DNA of 64,000 bases from Candidatus Iainarchaeum sp. (GTDB lineage Archaea; B1Sed10-29; WALL01), in NCBI GenBank assembly GCA_023129115.1, contig JAGMCR010000003.1, positions 67,944 through 131,943 of the forward strand. Reading direction: 5' to 3'. The position numbers and the translations under genes are program-made. Under the pieces are notes generated by a model. The model worked only from the letters and a program-made list of their open reading frames with translations, did no database searches and had not been told where the DNA came from. Shown in pieces: positions 28,367 to 36,766 of the stretch (the first letter of the stretch is position 1; each line of letters starts with the position of its first letter).

Positions 28367-28441
28367 AGCGGGGTGGAGTAGTTAGGAGTGCTCGTCGGGC
28401 TCATAACCCGAAGGTCATCAGTTCAAATCTGGTCCCCGCTA
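28367..28441 (+). tRNA. tRNA-Met (CAU), initiator-like (A1:U72 and three G:C pairs closing the anticodon stem)
   Basis: hand-folded cloverleaf: acceptor AGCGGGG/CCCCGCU, anticodon arm UCGGG-CUCAUAA-CCCGA, T-arm AUCAG-UUCAAAU-CUGGU. Confidence 0.8.
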
Positions 28442-29174
28442 CTTTCTTTTTATTTCTCTCAAAAGCCAGCTTGGCTTTTGCCAAGTGTTTCTGGTTTCTA
28501 AAACCAATCTTCTCTAACCAGAGGCCGAGGTTTCTTAAGCCATAAACGCAGAGGTGATGGGATATTACTTCTTTTTCTATTCTTTTATCATAAAACGATA
28601 AATCTAAACACAAGGAATAAGTGAAACCCTCTTCATGCAGTGCCTCTGCCACTTCTTGTATTATGTGTTTAGATGCTGTGTTTAGTTCAATTACTGGGTA
28701 ATACTGAATATTCTTTCCTCTCCTTTTCAGTGCAACACAAAAGTCTGTGTCGGCGAGCCCCGCTATGAAGGCAGGTAGGAGGGGCCGTTCTTCCTTGATT
28801 GCTTGGGGGATTCGTAGTTTCTCGTATTTCCTACCACATGGCAGCCCAACCCCAACCAAAAATTGGACTAAGGACTTGGACCAAATTCGGAACCCGTACG
28901 TTGTGCCCCCATCAACAAGGTGGGGGAGGATATCCAAATTAAAGAGTTTTTTTATGAGAGGTATAAGCACTTCGTTGTAAAATGGCTTTTCGTCTTTTGG
29001 GTTGCCAACACACTTTACTTCGTAATCGGTCCCGTTTTTCTTCCTCCTTGAGACGAGAGCCCCGTCCCCTGCAAGAACACCAATAAAATAAGCGAGGTCC
29101 CTGTCGAGGGTTGTTGGGAATCTAAGCCCGCGCTTTTCATCGAATTTGCTTAATGTGGGGGAGGGCAACATCAA
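28401..29174 (-). CDS. free-standing double-motif LAGLIDADG homing endonuclease; its 3' end runs antisense through the tRNA-iMet 3' half
   Basis: 257 aa; two dodecapeptide motifs LAYFIGVLAGDGAL and LPAFIAGLADTDFCV; markedly AT-richer than the surroundings. Confidence 0.75.
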   Translation of the reverse strand: MMLPSPTLSKFDEKRGLRFPTTLDRDLAYFIGVLAGDGALVSRRKKNGTDYEVKCVGNPKDEKPFYNEVLIPLIKKLFNLDILPHLVDGGTTYGFRIWSKSLVQFLVGVGLPCGRKYEKLRIPQAIKEERPLLPAFIAGLADTDFCVALKRRGKNIQYYPVIELNTASKHIIQEVAEALHEEGFTYSLCLDLSFYDKRIEKEVISHHLCVYGLRNLGLWLEKIGFRNQKHLAKAKLAFERNKKKVAGTRFELMTFGL

Positions 29175-29268
29175 ACAAAAGACCGATTTTCTAAATAAAT
29201 GGCTTGTGGTTAGGGGTTGCCGAGAACCTCTACTAACTTTTTATGCCCAAAAGTCCAATAACTATGTG

Positions 29269-29499
29269 ATGGGCAAGCCAGTCAGAATCAAATACCATTT
29301 GGGCGAGAAGAACCCTTTGGCCGGGCGCTTCAGCAAGGAAGCAGAGGACGCTGTACTCAAAAAGTATGGGAATCTCCCCATGGCCTATATTGTTAAGGAC
29401 TGCCGGCGGAAACGCAAAAGAGTTGACGAAAAAATCAAAGAACTCGGGGGACGCGCCGAGCGGCTGGTGGGGGTTGATGCGCTCGTCGCAGAGTTCTAG
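29269..29499 (+). CDS. hypothetical small basic protein
   Basis: ORF from the internal Met MGKPVRIKYHLGEK...; no domain recognised. Confidence 0.35.
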   Translation: MGKPVRIKYHLGEKNPLAGRFSKEAEDAVLKKYGNLPMAYIVKDCRRKRKRVDEKIKELGGRAERLVGVDALVAEF

Positions 29500-29610
29500 A
29501 AGCGAACCGCGTGGTTTTTGCTGTTGGGACTGCGGTTCCCTTTTACCGGCACCCCCCATTCTTCCAGTAATGTGGGTGTCGGGGCCCATCACGCGCGAAA
29601 AAACGTCAAA

Positions 29611-29636
29611 TTTACGTAAATATTACGTAATATTAC
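29611..29636. promoter_or_regulatory. tandem TTACGTAA-TATT palindromic sites (TTTACGTAAATATTACGTAATATTAC)
   Basis: same motif family as at 33691-33778, 34493-34520 and 35262; lies immediately downstream of the wHTH gene 29633..29851. Confidence 0.4.
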
Positions 29637-29851
29637 TTGGGAAACACCAGTGTGAGCGAGGAATTGCCAAGTTTCTTTAGCTTTACGTACTTTTTCAGCA
29701 CGGGCTTCACAAAGTTGCCTGCGCGGTCGTGGTAGCCATAAAGGTAGTTGCAGACAGTTGCCGGGCTGACTTTTGACTTTCGGGCTAACTCGCGGATCCA
29801 GATGCCTCTGGGGTGTCTGCGGATTTCTGTGAGGACTGTCTCGGAATGCAT
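29633..29851 (-). CDS. small winged-helix (HTH) DNA-binding protein
   Basis: 72 aa; IRELARKSKVSPATVCNYL helix-turn-helix. Confidence 0.6.
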   Translation of the reverse strand: MHSETVLTEIRRHPRGIWIRELARKSKVSPATVCNYLYGYHDRAGNFVKPVLKKYVKLKKLGNSSLTLVFPK

Positions 29852-29964
29852 GGAATCACTGTTGGGGAATCAAAAATTAATTGTTAATTATTAATTAATT
29901 ATTGAACACTGTTCAATTATTACTTATTACTTACTTAATCACTTATTAAACTTTTGGTTTTGCT

Positions 29965-30612
29965 TCACTCACTACCTTTCCCAACAGCTAATTCGCTGAG
30001 GAATCCCTTTGCCTCGTCAACGCTTGGCCGGAAGGGGAACTTAATTTCCCTAAACTCATAGCCGAAGTCAAGCACGTGCTCCAAAAACTCAATTTCCCTG
30101 TAGTCAAAGGGGAGTACGTACAGGTGGAGGCGGAGGTCATCCTTTTGCTTGGCGTCTGAGGCAGCCATCAGCAGGTTCAGCATTTCCCAAGTATAATTCG
30201 CGGGCTTTGGGAAATGGTATAAGAGCGCATTCGCCTCAAAGTTCATTTCGCCGCCAGGAACCGGCAAGCTAATGATTGGGGGGTGGGAGTCGTACGAATA
30301 GAGGAAGTTTGTCTGGTAGAGCTCGCCCACCTTGCGGGGCACCGGATTTCCTGCGGCGCGGTTGCCCTTTGTAGTCATCTCCCTAGCGCGTTCCCAACAG
30401 CTGTTTTGCGGCGTATACTTAATTAAAAGCCCTGCAGACAGCAGTGGCGCCACGAGTGAGCGCACCGGCTTCCCTAGCTTTTCGCCGGGGGTCTTTGGGT
30501 AGAAGCCCGGGAGGGTCTTCAGGTGCCTCGCAATGCCTGCCACGGTCCTTGGGACTTGCCCGGAGCAATACACCAGCACTTCCCTCCGGGCTATCCCCCC
30601 ATCAAAGCCCAC
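29965..30612 (-). CDS. hypothetical protein
   Basis: 215-aa ORF preceded by an extremely AT-rich promoter-like region at 29870-29960. Confidence 0.5.
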   Translation of the reverse strand: MGFDGGIARREVLVYCSGQVPRTVAGIARHLKTLPGFYPKTPGEKLGKPVRSLVAPLLSAGLLIKYTPQNSCWERAREMTTKGNRAAGNPVPRKVGELYQTNFLYSYDSHPPIISLPVPGGEMNFEANALLYHFPKPANYTWEMLNLLMAASDAKQKDDLRLHLYVLPFDYREIEFLEHVLDFGYEFREIKFPFRPSVDEAKGFLSELAVGKGSE

Positions 30613-30709
30613 GCACAGCCCCCATCAAAACCATTGGACTATTGTAGTTTAAGCACTAATATAAACTTTTATGTAAACAGAACGGTGACTTAAAACCATT
30701 TTTTTTGGT

Positions 30710-31888
30710 TTAGAGTTTTTGGGCGGATTCCTCAATTCTGTCAAAGGCTTGCTTGATTAGTGAGTATTCTGTGGCATAGCTCAGGCGTATGAATCCTTCA
30801 CCGTAGCGGCCGAATTCTGTGCCTGGGACAGCCAGGACCTTAGCGTCTTTGAGCAGGAACTCGCAGAATTGGCCGGAAGTAAGCTTTTTGCCACGTTTCT
30901 TGAAGTGTATGCTTGGGAAGGCATAAAACGCGCCGTCTGGCTCGACTAGCTCAAACCCCGGGATAGCGCCTAGGCGCTTCACCACGAGCTTTCTGCGGCG
31001 GTCGTACTCCCTCCGCATGCGCTCTACGCAGCCCTGCGAGCCCGTGAGCGCGTGGTAGCCTGCGATTTGGCTCATTGTGGGGGCAGTAAGCGTGGTGTAA
31101 GTGTGCAGCCGTGTCATTGCCTTGATGAGCTCCTCTGGCCCAACTGCGTAGCCGAGGCGGTAGCCAGGCATGGCATAGCTCTTGGAAAAGGTCTGGAAGG
31201 TGACGCAGTGGTTTTCCATGCCGTTCAGTGAAGCCATTGAGTGGTATTTGCCCTCGTAGACCAGCTTTTCGTACGCCTCGTCCATGAAAACAAGGAAGTC
31301 GTGCTCGATTGCGATGTCGGCAAGCTCCTCAAGGCGTTTTTTCTTGAGCACTGTGCCGGTGGGGTTACTCGGCGACGACAGCACTATTGCCCGGACGCGC
31401 TTCGGGTCCTTGATGGCGGCTTCAATCGCGTCTGTGTAGAGCTGGAACCCGTCCTCTTCCTTCAGCGGGATAGAGATAGGGTATGCGTTGAACGCCTCAA
31501 CCGTCGGGATGTAGCTCAGGAAGCAGGGGTCCGGGACAAGCACTTCTTCGCCGGGGTCGAGAATGCTCATGAGCCCGAGGAAGATGGCCTCGTTCGAGCC
31601 GCACGTGACAATGATGTTTTTGTCGGGGTCGATGCCCACGCGGCGGTCTTTCCTAAACTTTTTGGCTATTGCCTCACGCAGCTCGGGCCTGCCGGCCATT
31701 GAGGAGTAATGGGTTTTTCCCGCGTCAAGCGCGTTTTTCGTGGCCTGGCGGATGAACTTGGGCGTGTCGAAGTCTGGCTCCCCCGGCCCGAGGGAAATCA
31801 GGCCCTTGGCTTCGGCGGCCAGCCGCAGGATTCGCACGAAGTTGCTGTCCCGCAGCAGCAGTTGCCTTTCAGCGATTTGCACGCACAA
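30710..31888 (-). CDS. class I/II (aspartate-type) aminotransferase, PLP-dependent
   Basis: GPGEPDFDTP, SPSNPTG and the KSYAMPGYRLGY Lys-PLP region; likely TTG/GTG start near 31882-31888; the ATG-extended track ORF overlaps the divergent NAD kinase gene. Confidence 0.85.
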   Translation of the reverse strand: MCVQIAERQLLLRDSNFVRILRLAAEAKGLISLGPGEPDFDTPKFIRQATKNALDAGKTHYSSMAGRPELREAIAKKFRKDRRVGIDPDKNIIVTCGSNEAIFLGLMSILDPGEEVLVPDPCFLSYIPTVEAFNAYPISIPLKEEDGFQLYTDAIEAAIKDPKRVRAIVLSSPSNPTGTVLKKKRLEELADIAIEHDFLVFMDEAYEKLVYEGKYHSMASLNGMENHCVTFQTFSKSYAMPGYRLGYAVGPEELIKAMTRLHTYTTLTAPTMSQIAGYHALTGSQGCVERMRREYDRRRKLVVKRLGAIPGFELVEPDGAFYAFPSIHFKKRGKKLTSGQFCEFLLKDAKVLAVPGTEFGRYGEGFIRLSYATEYSLIKQAFDRIEESAQKL

Positions 31889-31919
31889 ATAAATACATGG
31901 GGTGTTAATAAAGGTTATT

Positions 31920-32663
31920 ATGAGGGCTGCACTGCTTTCGACCCCAAAGTTCAAGAACCTCGCCGAGGTAAAGCGAATACTGGAACTAAGGGGGTGGTCC
32001 CTTGTCAAAGCCAACCCCGATTACGTAATCACAGTCGGCGGGGATGGCTCCATCCTATACGCAGAGTCAAAATACCCCGGCGTCCCCATAATCTCACTGA
32101 ATGCGGGCGAGCTCGGTTTCCTGGCCTGCAACGAGATAGATATGCTTGAAGAAGTACTCAGCGCCGTGGAGAAGGGCAAAATGCTTGTGGATAAGCGGGA
32201 GAAGCTAGAATTCACAGTAAAAGGCAAAAAGCGGCGCGCTTTGAACGAGGTTCTTGTGACGAGCTCCACCGCGGGCAAGGCCCTCAGGCTGAACATTGAG
32301 ATAGACGGCGAGCCCCTGGGCTTCTTTGTGTGCGACGGCGTGCTTGTATCGACGCCAACTGGCTCCACAGGCTATAACCTGAGCTGCGGTGGGCCAGTGC
32401 TCGAGCCAGGGAGCGGGGCAGTGGCGATTACGCTCATCAGCCCCCACCTGTCAAGGGTGAACAGCGTTGTGGTGTCAAGCAGCAGGAAAATCACTGTCTC
32501 GTTCGCCAGGGAAAACCCGGGCATAACCGTGGTTGCTGATGGCCTGGAGTCAGTCAAAATAAGCCACAGCGAAAAAGTGCTGATTACACGGGCTAAAGGC
32601 AAGGCTAAGCTGGTAAAGCTTTCCCGCAACTACTTCTCTCGCCTCGAAAAGCTGTTCACTTAG
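31920..32663 (+). CDS. nadK: NAD kinase
   Basis: GGDGS and DGVLVSTPTGSTGYNLS motifs. Confidence 0.85.
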   Translation: MRAALLSTPKFKNLAEVKRILELRGWSLVKANPDYVITVGGDGSILYAESKYPGVPIISLNAGELGFLACNEIDMLEEVLSAVEKGKMLVDKREKLEFTVKGKKRRALNEVLVTSSTAGKALRLNIEIDGEPLGFFVCDGVLVSTPTGSTGYNLSCGGPVLEPGSGAVAITLISPHLSRVNSVVVSSSRKITVSFARENPGITVVADGLESVKISHSEKVLITRAKGKAKLVKLSRNYFSRLEKLFT

Positions 32664-32964
32664 TCCTTCCGAGAAGGCTCCTTCGTGGGGTGTAGCTGGG
32701 CTTGGCCTCAGCCCCTCCTTCTTCAACGACCCCACTGCTCGCGCCGAGTATTACGATGTCCCCGACCGCAGAAACGTTCTTGTAAAGGACGCTCTTTTCC
32801 TTGAGCACTTCCTTTGCCTTTTCCTTCGAGACAGAACGGAGTGGCTCAGTGGTGAGCCGGACAATCTTCCCGGTCTCGAGGTTAAGTATGATGTCGTTTA
32901 CCTTGCCCACGTACTTCGCGCCCTCGGAGTAAATGTCAATGCCGTATAGCTCTGAAATGTGCAT
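32656..32964 (-). CDS. PRC-barrel domain protein
   Basis: ISELYGIDIY..GKVNDIIL..G.IV pattern. Confidence 0.6.
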   Translation of the reverse strand: MHISELYGIDIYSEGAKYVGKVNDIILNLETGKIVRLTTEPLRSVSKEKAKEVLKEKSVLYKNVSAVGDIVILGASSGVVEEGGAEAKPSYTPRRSLLGRTK

Positions 32965-33042
32965 CATTCCCATGCGCCTCCAATGCAAAACAATATAATG
33001 CCTGCCCCATTAAATAAGCGAAGGGGGTTTATAAAGGTTATC

Positions 33043-33678
33043 ATGGCGAAAATCGAGCGCTTCAAGACAAAAGACAAGGCAATTTCAATAGTGGGCACGG
33101 GCCATGTCCTCCGAAAGTCGCTCCAGGCGGTCAAATCCGAGATACAGGACTTCGCGCCGGACGCGGTCGCCCTCGAGCTGGACCTGGGGCGCTTCCTCGC
33201 CCTGACCCAGCGCACGAGGCCGCGGCCCAAGGGCTTTGTAGAGGTGCTGCTGTTCGAGCTGCAGAAGCAGGCGGGCAAGACCACCGGCGTTAAGCCGGGG
33301 GCAGAGATGGTCGCGGCTGCGCGCGAGGCCAGAAAACATGGCATCCCAGTCGTCCTCGTGGACCGCGACATCCGCGTCACGCTCAAGCGCGCTTTACGTA
33401 ATATGACGCTTTCAGAAAAGGTGAAGCTCTTGACCGGAATCATCGGCGGCTTCTTTGAGGTGAGGGACAAGGCCAGGCTCAACACCCTGATTGACCAAAA
33501 GGACGAGCTCATGGTCGAGTTCAAGCGCGAGCTCCCGTCTGTCTACAAGGCGTTGGTCACCGAGCGCGACGCCTATATGGCAAAAGCAATTTCTTCGCTT
33601 CCCTACAGCAAAGTCTTGGCAGTTGTCGGCGCCGGGCACATCGCAGGAATAAGGAAGCGGCTCGAATACCGGAAGTAA
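33043..33678 (+). CDS. TraB-family protein
   Basis: ISIVGTGHVLRKSLQAVKSEI..FAPDAVALELD matches the TraB/PrgY N-terminal signature; likely starts at the internal Met. Confidence 0.65.
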   Translation: MAKIERFKTKDKAISIVGTGHVLRKSLQAVKSEIQDFAPDAVALELDLGRFLALTQRTRPRPKGFVEVLLFELQKQAGKTTGVKPGAEMVAAAREARKHGIPVVLVDRDIRVTLKRALRNMTLSEKVKLLTGIIGGFFEVRDKARLNTLIDQKDELMVEFKRELPSVYKALVTERDAYMAKAISSLPYSKVLAVVGAGHIAGIRKRLEYRK

Positions 33679-33690
33679 GGGGGTAAGGGT

Positions 33691-33778
33691 TTATGTAATA
33701 TTACGTAATATTGCGCAACTTTACGTAATATTACGTAATGTGGCTTAGTTGACGCGTAAAGTTTACGTAAACTTTACC
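33691..33778. promoter_or_regulatory. cluster of about 5 TTACGTAA(T)ATT palindromic sites
   Basis: TTATGTAATATTACGTAATATTGCGCAACTTTACGTAATATTACGTAATG...GACGCGTAAAGTTTACGTAAAC; lies 3' of the wHTH gene 33786..34469. Confidence 0.45.
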
Positions 33779-33785
33779 AATGCCA

Positions 33786-34469
33786 TCACAGCTCTTTCAG
33801 GAGCCGGTATTTGGTTTTTCTCCCGCTTTTCACGGATTCCACGTAACCCGCCGCCTGGAGTGCCTTTAGGCGGCCCCAGATGTACTGCCGCGTCAGCCCT
33901 ATCTCCTCTGCGAGGCCGATGGTGCTCAGCTCACTCTCCCCCAGCGCGTTAATTATCTTCTCGTCGCACTCCAGGAGATCGATTTTTTCATCTATCTCGT
34001 CAAGTGCTTTCACCTGACGCGTCAACTCATGCCTTGACGTGTCAACTTGACGCGTCAACTCACCCCTCGTTGCCCGTAAATCTTCGAGTTTGTCGCCCAG
34101 GCCGTCAATCCCTACCAAAACGCGGTCTCCCTTGGAAATGTCTTCGTGGACCATGGCCTTCAGGTCGTCTATATCCTGTTTCGTGGCTACTTTGCCGTCT
34201 ATCACTATAACGCGGTCGTTCATGGACTTATAAATCTCTTCGAGCTTGGATATCCGGTCCTGAATCGTCAAAAGGGGGTGCTCGACAGCCGGGCTGTATA
34301 CCCTGGGGGCCTGCACCTCCATACTCTCCATTAGCATAGTGGCTTCTGGCGTGTTTTTTTGCTCGTGCCTCTTGGAAAGCGTCTTCTTCAGCTCAGACTC
34401 TTCCAGCGTTGGCTTTGCCTTTGTCTTTTTGCTCTTCTTGCGTAAGAAGTCGAACATGCCCATGCCCAC
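33786..34469 (-). CDS. coiled-coil protein with a C-terminal winged-helix DNA-binding domain
   Basis: 227 aa; C-terminal LSTIGLAEEIGLTRQYIWGRLKALQAAGYV HTH; flanked on both sides by TTACGTAA clusters. Confidence 0.6.
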   Translation of the reverse strand: MGMGMFDFLRKKSKKTKAKPTLEESELKKTLSKRHEQKNTPEATMLMESMEVQAPRVYSPAVEHPLLTIQDRISKLEEIYKSMNDRVIVIDGKVATKQDIDDLKAMVHEDISKGDRVLVGIDGLGDKLEDLRATRGELTRQVDTSRHELTRQVKALDEIDEKIDLLECDEKIINALGESELSTIGLAEEIGLTRQYIWGRLKALQAAGYVESVKSGRKTKYRLLKEL

Positions 34470-34492
34470 TTCTTATAAATGTTCTCAAATAA

Positions 34493-34520
34493 ATACGTTA
34501 TGTTACGTAATGTGACGCGT
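34493..34520. promoter_or_regulatory. TTACGTAA-family sites (ACGTTATGTTACGTAATGTGACGCGT) in the promoter region of the wHTH gene 33786..34469
   Basis: motif inspection; about 25-50 nt upstream of the ATG at 34469. Confidence 0.4.
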
Positions 34521-34539
34521 TGTTTACCAGCCACTTGAC

Positions 34540-35340
34540 GCAAATCAGCCCCTTTTTTGGTGAGAGCGGGAAAACCCTACAGGATTTCCCAGCACCGGCT
34601 CTCACAACACAAACCCTCACTTTTTCACTATTTTGATTAAAACTATAACACCCACTCACTTTTTGTTTTTCAGCTTATGGGGGGCCGCCAATTGGCGGCC
34701 CCCCGTTGGCGGCCTCTCACGTTTGCCCTTCCGCCAGTAACCACTCCCTTTTTTGGTTTTCTCAAGTCACCAGCCGGCCCAAATCCGCTGCCTCTCACTT
34801 TTCAGCTGTTGGGAGTTGCATTGGGTACAGCCCCCACAACTGCCTGGCCCGCCAATGGTCCAACCCTCACTTTTGCTTTTTTGGCCTTTGTGGAAGCCAG
34901 CCCCCCGTGCGGCCAGGCGCAGGCCCACTCCCAACACGCACTTTCGTGTTTTCAGCACTAAGGGGGGTCGCCAATCGGCGGCCCCCCAAGTTTCTTTTGC
35001 TGGCCCCGCCTGGGACCCACTTTTTGGCCTTATTTACCCACTCTAACTCACTCCCAACACCCATTTTGCCCCCAACCCCCTTATTCTCACTTTCTGGCTT
35101 CAAAACCCTTTTTTGATGTTTGGTTTCCCGGTTTTTTGCCTGGGGAGGGGGGTTTTTTCGCTGGCCCACACTTTTCCCGGTTTTTTGATTCCACGAGCCC
35201 GAACTCTCACTTTTCCTTAATCCTCAATTCAACTCCAAAATATATTTTATAAAATATAAAATACGTAATATGTTACTCCAATATTATTGCACATCTTCGA
35301 AACACCGAAATAGAAAAGGTTAAATAGCTGTTCCAACACA
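34540..35340. repeat. 800-bp non-coding, strand-asymmetric (plus strand pyrimidine-rich) repeat region
   Basis: at least 8 copies of C(T)CACTTTT(T/G) iterons, two G6-stem palindromes (34679-34704, 34963-34988), and GTTGGGAGTTGCAT / ACTCCCAACAC half-sites; no credible ORF. Confidence 0.7.
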
Positions 35341-35354
35341 TATTTTCCAGTGAA

Positions 35355-35627
35355 GTGATGCACATGGAGCCGAGTTTGTTCTTGCACGAAAAGCCCGTCA
35401 GGGCCATTGTAGCGCTGTCTGACACGAAGAGGACGTGGTACGCCCATTTGCTTTCCAAGGAGATTGACTGCAGCTATGCCCATCTGGCGAAGGTGCTGGA
35501 CCAGTTCGAGGAGAATGGGCTGGTCGAGTTCCACAAGGAGGGGCGCGTGAAGCTCTTGAGCATGACCAAAAAGGGCGAGGAGCTGGCGCACGACCTCGAG
35601 ACCGTGCTGATGCGGCTGTCAAAGTGA
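35355..35627 (+). CDS. small winged-helix transcription regulator (MarR/PadR-like)
   Basis: 90 aa; CSYAHLAKVLDQFEENGLV recognition helix-wing. Confidence 0.55.
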   Translation: MMHMEPSLFLHEKPVRAIVALSDTKRTWYAHLLSKEIDCSYAHLAKVLDQFEENGLVEFHKEGRVKLLSMTKKGEELAHDLETVLMRLSK

Positions 35628-35680
35628 CCGGAAAAGAGTTTGGTCTTCCCCCAAAGAATTTGTCAGAAGATTGCTGCAAT

Positions 35681-36151
35681 TTATACGCCTAGTGCGAGCA
35701 CTGCCATGAGCAGCATTTCCTCGTCGTCCTTGGTTATGCCGGTGTATTCGCCTTCTATGCCCTTCCCGAGGTTGGAGAGGATGGGGATATAGACGCCTTC
35801 AGGCCTTATGACGCCGACCTGCTTGCCGTCCTTGACTATCTCAAAGTGCTGCTTGAAGAGGGTCTCGCGCTCCTTGATTTCGAAGGATTTCTTGGCCTTG
35901 TGGTAGACGTCGAAGTGCGTCATGAAGCCAATTTTTTCCTCTACTTTGCCAATGTACTCGTTTTCGCGGTAGACTTTGGCGCCGCGGATTACGAGGCCAG
36001 AGCGGACTATGGTGTAGTGGGTGGGCCCCCAGTCGACGTCGAGCACGTCCTTGTAGAAGGGCCTGATTGCGTGTATGGTTTCGTCGCCGGTCTTCCTCCT
36101 TACCTTCAGCCGCGCCTTGCGCAGCTCCGAGAATAGGCTAAAGCTTGCCAT
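35681..36151 (-). CDS. hypothetical protein
   Basis: 156-aa ORF; beta-rich prediction; no domain recognised. Confidence 0.5.
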   Translation of the reverse strand: MASFSLFSELRKARLKVRRKTGDETIHAIRPFYKDVLDVDWGPTHYTIVRSGLVIRGAKVYRENEYIGKVEEKIGFMTHFDVYHKAKKSFEIKERETLFKQHFEIVKDGKQVGVIRPEGVYIPILSNLGKGIEGEYTGITKDDEEMLLMAVLALGV

Positions 36152-36152
36152 G

Positions 36153-36536
36153 TTAACTCCTCCACCTGTTGACGAATGCCTGCCAGATGTCCGCCATTTC
36201 TTGGCAGCGGTTGCCGAACTGCTCGCTCATTATCCAGTCGCCGCTCCTCTTGGTGATGAGGCCGGCGTCCCTGAGCTTGGACAGCATGGTGTAGTACTCC
36301 TGGTGCGTGGAGCCGAGTTGTTTCTGCATCTCGGCCCATTCTGCGTCCGGAATGCGCTTCCTCTCGATGAGCGCGTAGACGAGCTTCTCCGCTTTTTTGG
36401 ACAATTCGGGCTTGCGGTAGAACAGGTTCTCGAGGATTGTCCGCAGGTCCGGCACGCGCTCCCGCGCCTTGATTTTGATGGTTGTCTCGTACTTCACCAT
36501 TTGCCTAGCCCTTAATGCGCCAGTATATTTATCCAT
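36153..36536 (-). CDS. hypothetical protein with a possible wHTH (THQEYYTMLSKLRDAGLI)
   Basis: 127 aa from the internal Met; 2-nt gap to the preceding gene. Confidence 0.45.
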   Translation of the reverse strand: MDKYTGALRARQMVKYETTIKIKARERVPDLRTILENLFYRKPELSKKAEKLVYALIERKRIPDAEWAEMQKQLGSTHQEYYTMLSKLRDAGLITKRSGDWIMSEQFGNRCQEMADIWQAFVNRWRS

Positions 36537-36766
36537 TTCGGTATCACCCCGGAACAGTCCTCGCACCCGCCAGCGAGCACGCTTTCCCCGGTCTAGCTCT
36601 TGCCGTAATACACCGGTTCCGGGCTCGGCTAAGCCTGGTTGCCGGCGAAAACACCACGGAAAAGCACAACCACGCATTCCAGTCCGGCATCATGCCGTAA
36701 TCCCATCCCGCAGGAAGAAAGCTTTTTTATTCTCGCCCGCCACAACTTATTCACTTGGTGATATTC

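Noticed and set aside
28401-28441. Overlap between tRNA-iMet and the LAGLIDADG ORF treated as evidence that one of them is spurious
   Set aside because: The tRNA folds into a complete canonical cloverleaf. The endonuclease has two clear dodecapeptide motifs over 257 aa. The overlap is only the last ~13 codons of the ORF and is reported as an observation; the true stop may lie slightly earlier.
34677-35169. Several 94-136-aa ORFs on both strands inside the 800-bp repeat region
   Set aside because: The translations are Pro/Ala/Gly/Leu low-complexity strings generated by the nucleotide repeats. No start context, and the frames overlap each other. Treated as non-coding repeat DNA.
35273-35458. 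61-aa minus-strand ORF overlapping the start of the wHTH gene 35355-35627
   Set aside because: Antisense to a better-supported HTH-containing frame. No motifs.
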